This document shows positions 42,503 through 50,449 of a DNA stretch of 64,000 nt, piece after piece. Positions within the stretch are counted from its first letter, which is position 1. The number at the start of each line of letters is the position of its first letter. The notes under the pieces are model-generated. The model did no database searches, was not told where the DNA came from, and saw only the letters and a program-made list of their open reading frames with translations. The DNA is taken from the NCBI GenBank assembly GCA_951406725.2, contig OX597814.1, positions 76,260,001 through 76,324,000 of the forward strand. Direction: 5' to 3'. This DNA comes from Octopus vulgaris (taxonomy: Eukaryota). The position numbers were made by a program, and so were the translations under genes.

Positions 42503-43161
42503 TATATTTTTTATTAAAAGAAAAAAGACACAATTTTTTTTTCTTTTATAAAATGACAACTATAACAAGAGTTCTGGATCCTTGTAAGATATTGCCCATG
42601 TCTTAGGGTTTACTATAAACCATACTCATTTCTGTTGACCTGAAACCCTTTTCCACTATAGTCTTTGATGATCCTGTTCAGACGAATAAAAAGTTTCTGC
42701 ATAGTTGTTTGAGCTGCAAAATATTCTTGAACAAATACACTATCTTCTTTACAATAGGATTATGCTCATATGAAGTATTAAACTCAGCTCTGCAAATCAA
42801 TGAACTGCTCTTCAATTTTACAGTGCTGCTACTACTTATAATAGCAAATTTTTCCTGCTCTGTTACACCCATTTACCTTTTGAGAGTGGAATATATGGCT
42901 GTGTGGTAAGAAGTTTGCTTCTCAACCAACTAGTTTCTAGTTCAGTCCCACAGTATAGGAAATATGTTCTGTAGCCCCAGGTCAGCCAAAGCCTTATGAG
43001 AGGATTGTGTTTTCCCCCACCCCACCCTGTTGCTTTATGTTCCTGTGACTCAGTGGTTTGGCAAAAGAGACTGATTGAATAAGCATAAGACTTTATTAAA
43101 ATTTTTTAAAGTTTACATTATTTACATTTGACGGATATTTGTCCTAATCTTGTTTGTTGTT

Positions 43162-43207
43162 AACACAACGTTTTGGCTGATATACCCTCCAGTCTTCTTC
43201 AGGTGTC
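43162..43207 (-). ncRNA. Minimal type I hammerhead (decayed) in a Penelope-like tail (about 43110-43255)
   Basis: gacac-CUGAAGA-a-gacug..cagcc-AAAA-cg-UU-guguu. Palindromic ACGU stem III; G12 replaced by A, so probably inactive. Confidence 0.65.
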
Positions 43208-43279
43208 TTGGGGAAATTTCGAACCTAGGTTCTCATTCCTAAGGTATTTTTTGATGTTGTTATTATTTGTAGTATTGTA

Positions 43280-43782
43280 GTAGACTGGCTCCTGTGCAGG
43301 TGGCACATAAAAAGCACCATTTGAGCATGGCCATTGCTAGTACCACCTGACTGGCCCTCATGCCAGTGGCACACTCTCAGAGTGGTTGGCATTAGGAAGG
43401 GCATCCAGCTGTAGAAGCTCTGCCAGATCAGATTGGAGCTTGGTGCAGCCATCTGGTTCGCCAGACCTCAGTCAAATCATCCAACCCATGCTAGCATAGA
43501 AAGTGGACGTTAAATGATGATGATGATGATGATATATAATAATAATGATAATAAAAGTATTAGGGAATATTATTCCAAACTTATAGGGAAAAATTCAATT
43601 TAGTAATACTAAATCAAATTTCACAATATATAATTGGCGTTAGGAAGGGCATCCAGCTGTAGAAACTCTGCCAAATCAAGATTGGAGCCTGGTGCAGCAA
43701 TCTGGTTCACCAGCCCTCAATCAAAATCGTCCAACCCATGCTAGCATGGAAAGCGGACGTTAATCGATGATGATGATGATGA
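43280..43782 (+). mobile_element. Two 3' tails of the RTE LINE family, each ending in (GAT)n
   Basis: ttaggaagggcatccagctgtagaa...ccaacccatgctagca...gatgatgat at 43390-43532 and 43634-43782. Confidence 0.85.
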
Positions 43783-43796
43783 TAATATATGTATAT

Positions 43797-44100
43797 TAAT
43801 TAGAGAAGAACCACCTTTAATCAATTCAACAATGAGATATCAATGATATAATTAAATTATACCATACAGAAAAAATTAGATATACAATAAAAACAAATAC
43901 CAATGAAGTAAAGTATAAAATAATAAATATAATGTATATAATTGGTAAAAGAACAATTATATACTTTTTATTTATTATTTTATACTTTACTTAATTATTG
44001 GTGTATAATTATTGGTATATATTTTTTTAATATGGCATAATTTAATTATATCATTGATATTTCATTCTTGAATTCATAAAAGGTGGTTTTTCTCTAATTT
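43797..44100. repeat. AT-rich imperfect fold-back (about 150-bp arms) in (TA)n
   Basis: aattagagaagaaccacctt at the left pairs with aaggtggtttttctctaatt at the right; axis near 43948. Confidence 0.8.
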
Positions 44101-44133
44101 ATATATATATATGTATGTTTGTATGTATGTATG

Positions 44134-44186
<53 letters not shown>

Positions 44187-44408
44187 ATCAATATAAGGGT
44201 AACAGAAAATTCAAGAAAAATTTTCTGCCACCAGCGGTCAAGTGAGAAAATAGAAATAGTCACAGACTATATAATACATTCAACAAAATATTAAGGAATG
44301 ACCCTGAGAAGGTCGTTCGACTCACTTGAAAAGAGCAGCCAAACTCAAAACCGCAAAAATAGTAGTAATTCTGAAACTAGAGGAAAATAAAAACATTTAT
44401 CCCCTTCA

Positions 44409-44506
44409 AACTTTGTACCCTGCAAGGTTTCAACATCTTCACGCAATCAAATTTAATTAAATTAAATTAAATCCGTTTACGCTTGGCTTGTTTCGTCAGC
44501 AAAGTC
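44409..44506 (-). ncRNA. Type I hammerhead ribozyme, copy 1
   Basis: gacuuug-CUGACGA-aaca...(long stem II)...uguu-GAAA-ccu.ugca.ggg-UA^caaaguu. All core nucleotides intact; predicted GUA cut between 44416 and 44415. Confidence 0.85.
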
Positions 44507-44887
44507 ACCAAAATAGGAGGCAGATATATATACACGAGGCTACACCATCTAAGCCTCGGGTCTATATATCCTAATTTTCGAATTCACCGTAATCGCGCCA
44601 TCTACTCAGCAGCAAATATAAACTGCTGATACAAATTTCAGAATTAGTCAAAAATTCATTAATCAATCAATATAAGGGTAACAAAAAATTCAAGAAAAAT
44701 TTTCTGCCACCAGCGGTCAAGTGAGAAAATAGAAATAGTCACAGACTATATAATACATTCAACAAAATATTAAGGAATGACCCTGAGAAGGTCGTTCGAC
44801 TCACTTGAAAAGAGCAGCCAAACTCAAAACCGCAAAAATAGTAGTAATTCTGAAACTAGAGGAAAATAAAAACATTTATCCCCTTCA

Positions 44888-44985
44888 AACTTTGTACCCT
44901 GCAAGGTTTCAACATCTTCACGCAATCAAATTTAATTAAATTAAATTAAATCTGTTTACGCTTGGCTTGTCTCGTCAGCAAAGTC
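44888..44985 (-). ncRNA. Type I hammerhead ribozyme, copy 2
   Basis: As copy 1, with two pairing-compatible stem II changes (44953, 44971); predicted cut between 44895 and 44894. Confidence 0.85.
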
Positions 44986-45141
44986 ACCAAAATAGGAGGC
45001 AGATATATATACACGAGGCTACACCATCTAAGCCTCGGGTCTATATATCCTAATTTTCGAATTCACCGTAATCGCGCCATCTACTCAGCAGCAAATATAA
45101 ACTGCTGATACAAATTTCAGAATTAGTCAAAAATTGTACTC

Positions 45142-45189
<48 letters not shown>

Positions 45190-45506
45190 ACGGCGGTGCA
45201 TCAGCATGGCCGCAGCTCTGAGCTGAAACTAGAGGAAAAAAAAAATATATATATATATATGTATATATAAATATATATATATATATATATTATGTGTATA
45301 TATATATAATGTATATATGTATATATATATTATGTTTATATATATATAATGTGTATATATATCATGTATGTATATATATATATATTATGTTTATATATAT
45401 AATGTGTATATATATCATGTATGTATAAATATATATTATGTGTATATATATATTATGTATGTATGTATATATATATATATTATGTGTATATATATATATA
45501 TATGTG

Positions 45507-45543
<37 letters not shown>

Positions 45544-45549
<6 letters not shown>

Positions 45550-46280
45550 TAATAAATAAAATATATGCATACATACAAACATATATGTCCCTAGTTCAAC
45601 TCCAGTGTGTTTCGAAGGTGAGGACAGAACACGTCTCGTCGAACTAGTCCTTCCTGCGAAAGAATTAAATAAAATTTCTTTGCAGAGGGGTAAAAAAAAA
45701 AAATTTTCCTCGTCTAGGCTTATAGGCCCTCATTATTTGTTTCCCTGTCCGGTTTCTACCCCTTCTTCTACTGTATTTTTTGTAATTGCATTTTTATTTT
45801 GTATTTGTTTTTAATTGCATTGTTTTTACGTCCCGTTTTTGTCACATTTTTTTTCCTTGTTTTTACCTCTCTGCAAAGGAATTTTATTTAATTCTTTCAC
45901 AGGAAGGACTAGTTTGACGAGACATGTTCTGTCCTCACCTTCGAAACACGCTGGAGTTGAACTAGGGACAGCTGATGAAGGGGATTTTTCCTTGTGTAGT
46001 TGTCTTGTACTCTGTTTTTTCGTTGTTAAAAAAATGGTCCGTTCCATGCCGTTTTTACATTTTCGTTTCTCGTTGAGTTCTACGTCTATTTGTGGTGTCC
46101 TGTACACACGTATATATATTTATATATGCATGTTTATATACATGTAGATGTATGTACGTACATATATGTTTGTATGTATGCATATATTTTATTTATTACA
46201 CTATTGTATGACTGAGCGCCCTCGCGTCGATTCGATTCGTTTGGTTTCGTTTCGTTTCTTCTTCTCTAAGCTGGTTTTTA
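45544..46280 (+). mobile_element. ORF-less Penelope-like element (family P1a) with an inverted 5' segment
   Basis: 45586-45696 is an inverted copy of about 45858-45970, and 45544-45586 an inverted copy of about 46160-46204. The body is homologous to 49533-50090. Lies in (TA)n. Confidence 0.75.
45909..45983 (+). ncRNA. Candidate non-circularly permuted hammerhead (P1a)
   Basis: cuaguuugac-gag-acaug-UU-cuguccu-ca-ccuuc-GAAA-cacgc-ugga-guugaacuag-ggacag-CUGAUGA-a-gggg. Confidence 0.6.
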
Positions 46281-46317
<37 letters not shown>

Positions 46318-46381
46318 GGAGTAAGCACATAAATGAGAAACAGGGTGGAAAAAAAAGTACTCAAATGCCAGAGGTAGAGTA

Positions 46382-46522
46382 ATATGCTTTATTCAAAAGC
46401 AGCAGAAATATAACAAAAGATGTTACTCAGAGTTTTATGTTCCCGTTCGTCAGGATGAACGGGAGCATGAAACTCTGAGTAACAGCTTTTGTTATATTTC
46501 TGCTGCTTTTAAATAAAGTATA
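46382..46522. repeat. Fold-back of a Penelope-like tail with its axis inside a minimal hammerhead
   Basis: About 70-bp arms, axis 46452-46453. Minus arm CUGACGA-acgggaacau-AAAA-cucugag-UA-aca; plus arm gGAUGA-acgggagcau-GAAA-cucugag-UA-acag. Confidence 0.8.
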
Positions 46523-46571
46523 TATATATATATATTATGTGTATACATATTATGTTTATGCATATATATAT

Positions 46572-46613
<42 letters not shown>

Positions 46614-46899
46614 GTTTATGCATATATATATTATGTATAAATATATATAGATATGTGTATGTATGTATATATATATATATATTTGTATGTATTTATATTA
46701 TATATGTATATTATGTATATGTATATATATATATATGTATTATGTGTATATATACAATGTATATGTATGTATATATTATATGTATATATATTAACTATTA
46801 ATATATATATATACATATATATATGTATATTATGTGTATATATATTATGTGTGTGTATATATATATATATATATTATGTGTATATATGTATATATATAT

Positions 46900-46969
<70 letters not shown>

Positions 46970-47051
46970 ATAAATGTAAAAAAAAACACAAACTGGGACA
47001 AGAATGCAAAACATTTAGAAGACGATACAAAAAAACGGACGGGACATTCAA

Positions 47052-47128
47052 AGCCTTCGATCTTCAGTCAAAAACCGGATCATCTTCGCAATTTCAGCTG
47101 ATTAATTTTGAGATTGCTCCAACCTGGC
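47052..47128 (-). ncRNA. Candidate non-circularly permuted hammerhead (P2, copy 1)
   Basis: gccagguu-gga-gcaa-UC-ucaaaa-uuaauc-agcu-GAAA-uugc-gaagau-gauccggu-uuuuga-CUGAAGA-ucgaa-ggcu. Confidence 0.65.
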
Positions 47129-47771
47129 CAGCCCCAAAGGAAAATCTAAGCCAAGCGCATTAGATTCCTTGGTAGAAAGCCTCGAATGTATGCAAAACAA
47201 GGATGGGAACGAATAAGAATACAAAAATACGTAAAAATAATAATGATAACACGAATAAGAATACGAAAATACGTAAAAACAATAAAGATAATAATAATAA
47301 TAACAAAAACAAGACGTTACAGACAGGTGTCTTTTCGACAGGATGGGTGAACTTGAGCTGGCGCATTGAAAAATTGCCTAAAGGCGAAGAGAGAAATAAA
47401 ATGTGTGTCTGGCCTATACGGCTGTTGATCACGAAAAGGCAGGACAGCAGTCCAAAGTTAGCGGGACAGAGGAAGAGAGAAAAAAAGGGAACAAGGAACA
47501 AAGGAGGAGGAAGAGAAAGAGAGAGAGAGAGAAAGAGATGGGTCAAAGTGGGGTGCAAAGTGTGAAAGGCAGAGAAATGTAGGAGAGGGGGATAGAGAGA
47601 GACAGTGTTGTAGAGTCATACCATGTATTAGAGAAAAAATGTATTTCACACACAATATCAAAAAGGGGGTACGGGCGCCGCCATATAAAGGATAAATGTA
47701 AAAAAACACAAACTGGGACAAGAACGCAAAACATTTAGAAGACGATACAAAAAAACGGACGGGACATTCAA

Positions 47772-47848
47772 AGCCTTCGATCTTCAGTCAAAAACCGGAT
47801 CATCTTCGCAATTTCGGCTGATTAATTTTGAGATTGCTCCGACCTGGT
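47772..47848 (-). ncRNA. Candidate non-circularly permuted hammerhead (P2, copy 2)
   Basis: accagguc-gga-gcaa-UC^ucaaaa-uuaauc-agcc-GAAA-uugc-gaagau-gauccggu-uuuuga-CUGAAGA-ucgaa-ggcu. Stems I, II and III are all Watson-Crick. Confidence 0.7.
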
Positions 47849-47902
47849 CAGCCCCAAAGGAAAATCTAAGCCAAGCGCATTAGATTCCTTGGAAGAAAGC
47901 CT

Positions 47903-48288
47903 GGAGGCGCAATGGCCCAGTGGTTAGAGCAGCGAACTCGCAGTCGTAGGATCGCAGTTTCGATTCCCAGTCCAGGCATTGTGTGTGTTTATTGATCGGA
48001 AACACCTAAAGCTCCACGAGGCTCCGGCAGGGGATGATGGCGAACCCTGCTGTACTCTTTCACCACAACTTTCTCTCACTCTGTCTTCCTGTTTCTGTTG
48101 TACCTGTGTTTCAAAGGGCCAGCCTTGTCACAGTCTGTGTCACGCTGAATCTCCCCTGAGAACTACATTAAAGGTACACATGTCTGTGGAGTACTCAGCC
48201 ACTTGCACATTAATTTCACGAGCAGGCTGTTCTGTTGATCGGATCAACCAGATCCCTCGTCATCGTAACCAACGGAGTGCCAACCAAC
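47903..48288 (+). mobile_element. tRNA-derived SINE, family D, apparently full length
   Basis: tRNA-like head ggaggcgcaatggcccagtggttagagc...gtttcgattccc; tail ccctcgtcatcgtaaccaacggagtgcc resembles RTE 3' ends. Confidence 0.8.
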
Positions 48289-48488
48289 ATATATATATAT
48301 ATATTATGTATATATATATATATTATGTGTATATATATTATGTGTATATATATATATTTATTTGAATATATATATATATATTATGCATATATCTTATGTA
48401 TATGTATATATACATATATATTATGTATATGTGTGTGTGTGTGTGTGTGTATGTATATATATATATATATATATATTAGAAAAACAAT

Positions 48489-48536
48489 GTATTCAGAGAT
48501 CTAGATGGTTGTACAACCATCCAGATCTCTGAATAC
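48489..48536. repeat. 48-bp palindrome in a short insert within (TA)n
   Basis: gtattcagagatctagatggttgt|acaaccatccagatctctgaatac (one mismatch). Confidence 0.9.
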
Positions 48537-48582
48537 CTTATTTTTTTTTAATATATAATATCTGTACATCATCTCCAAACCT

Positions 48583-48627
<45 letters not shown>

Positions 48628-48833
48628 ATAAATAACATATATGCATACATACATATATGTACGTACCTACATCTACATGTATATATACATGCATATATAA
48701 ATATATATATGTGAGTACAGGACACCACAAATAGACGTAGAACTCAACAAGAAACGAAAACATAAAAACAAGGGAACAGACTTTTTTTAACAACGAAAAA
48801 ACAGAACACACGACAAACAACACACGGAACATT

Positions 48834-48908
48834 CCCCTTCATCAGCTGTCCCCGGTTCGACTCCATGTGTGTTTCGAAGGTAAGGACAGGACACGCTCGT
48901 CGGACCGG
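48834..48908 (-). ncRNA. Candidate non-circularly permuted hammerhead (P1b, left arm)
   Basis: Reverse complement of 49751-49825. Confidence 0.65.
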
Positions 48909-49750
48909 TCCTCCTGCGAGGGAATTAAATAAAATTCCCTTGCAGAGGGGTAAAAACAAGGAAAGAAAAATGTGACAAGAACAGGACGTAAAAGCAATAC
49001 AAATAAAAATACGAATACAAGATAAAAATACAAATATAAAAAATACAGTACACATAAAGAATAAAAACAGGACAAAAAAAACAAACATTGAGGGCCTTTT
49101 TTAGCCTAGACGAGGAAAAAAATTCAGAGCGCAGGAATAAGTCATCTTGACTTGAAGCAGGCTGGAGTGAAAAGGAAGTAAAGTCGACTCAGCCGTGAGG
49201 GAGATGAGGAGGAGTGAGAGAGAGAGAGATAGAGAGGAAAGGAAACCAGAAAGGGGGAAAAATAAAGAGAGAGACAGACAGGAAAGAAGGAAAGGTCAAG
49301 CAAAAGGTTAGGAAGGAAGGAAAGGTCAAGCAAAGGGTTACAAAGGGTAACCCTTTGCTTGACCTTTCCTTCCTTCCTGTCTGTCTCTCTCTTTATTTTT
49401 CCCCTTTTCTGGTTTCCTTTCCTCTCTATCTCTCTCTCTCTCACTCCTCCTCATCTCCCTCACGGCTGAGTCGACTTTACTTCCTTTTCACTCCAGCCTG
49501 CTTAAAGTCAAGACGACTTATTCCTGCGCTCTGAATTTTTTTCCTCGTCTAGGCTAAAAAAGGCCCTCAATGTTTGTTTTTTTGTCCCGTTTTTATTCTT
49601 TATGTGTACTGTATTTTTTATATTTGTATTTTTATCTTGTATTCGTATTTTTATTTGTATTGCTTTTACGTCCTGTTCTTGTCACATTTTTTCTTTCCTT
49701 GTTTTTACCCCTCTGCAAGGGAATTTTATTTAATTCCCTCGCAGGAGGGA

Positions 49751-49825
49751 CCGGTCCGACGAGCGTGTCCTGTCCTTACCTTCGAAACACACATGGAGTC
49801 GAACCGGGGACAGCTGATGAAGGGG
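49751..49825 (+). ncRNA. Candidate non-circularly permuted hammerhead (P1b, right arm)
   Basis: ccgguccgac-ga-gcgug-UC^cuguccuu-a-ccuuc-GAAA-cacac-augga-gucgaaccgg-ggacag-CUGAUGA-a-gggg; predicted GUC cut after 49769. Confidence 0.65.
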
Positions 49826-50416
49826 AATGTTCCGTGTGTTGTTTGTCGTGTGTTCTGTTTTTTCGTTGTTAAAAAAAGTCTGTTCCCTTGTTTTTATGTT
49901 TTCGTTTCTTGTTGAGTTCTATGTCTATTTGTGGTGTCCTGTACTCACATATATATATTTATATATGCATGTATATATACATGTAGATGTAGGTACGTAC
50001 ATATATGTATATATTTTATTTATTACATTATTGTATGACTGAGCGACCTCGCGTTGTTTCGTTTCTTTCCTTTCTCCCAGTATGCTTTTATATATATATA
50101 TATATGCATATATAAATATCATGTGTATGTATATATATGTATATTTATTTACATATATATATAGATGTATATGTCTTTATATGTATGATTATATATGTAA
50201 ATCTCTCTAAAAGAAAAGAAGCATTGCTGTTGAAGTCTAAATGCCTTTGACCAGAGACAAATTATAGTACCTGTAATAATATGAACTTCCAATTATTGGC
50301 TGGTCAATTGGTATGTTCCCCACTAAGGTCTCTATGCTGTCAATCCATAAATAAGTGCTAGAAATCAGAAAAGGAATACTCTTATCACTGTTTATATCAA
50401 ATGGTAACAATATGTA

Positions 50417-50449
50417 CTTAGCCTTTCGACTAAGATCAAAGTGTAGTAT
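50417..50449 (+). pseudogene. 3'-truncated U2 snRNA retro-fragment
   Basis: cttagcctttcgactaagatcaaagtgtagtat matches the U2 5' region, including the branch-site recognition sequence GUGUAGUA. Degenerate direct repeats at 50393-50411 and 50447-50465. Confidence 0.7.

Larger units (their letters stand above)
44183..45144 (-). mobile_element. Head-to-tail dimer of a 479-bp ORF-less hammerhead-containing unit (retrozyme-like or non-autonomous Penelope)
   Basis: Period 479 (44183 vs 44662); only 3 substitutions seen between units; flanked by (TA)n on both sides. Confidence 0.85.
46967..47902 (-). mobile_element. ORF-less Penelope-like element (family P2) with about 215-bp direct repeats (pseudo-LTRs) 720 bp apart
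   Basis: 46967-47182 and 47689-47902 are nearly identical. The right end abuts a SINE; the left end runs into (TA)n. Confidence 0.8.
48623..50090. mobile_element. About 1.4-kb palindrome: two head-to-head copies of ORF-less Penelope-like family P1b
   Basis: 48623-49341 is the reverse complement of 49347-50028, with a 5-bp spacer, a ~30-bp duplication in the left arm near the axis and a few substitutions. The right arm continues to about 50090. Confidence 0.9.

Noticed and set aside
44183-45144. CRISPR array or simple satellite interpretation of the tandem repeats
   Set aside because: No short repeat-unique spacer pattern, eukaryotic context, and only two long units.
47903-47975. Functional tRNA gene
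   Set aside because: The tRNA-like head lacks a closed acceptor stem and continues into a SINE body and LINE-like tail.
49779-49825. Reading GAAA...CUGAUGA as an ordinary type II hammerhead
   Set aside because: Between GAAA and CUGAUGA there is no good stem III or stem I hairpin. The partners of cacac and ggacag lie upstream of GAAA (gcgug and cugucc).
48569-50122. Paired, near-identical ORFs on opposite strands (e.g. 49142..49444 and 49214..49534)
   Set aside because: Mirror artefacts of the palindrome; low-complexity peptides with no recognisable domain.
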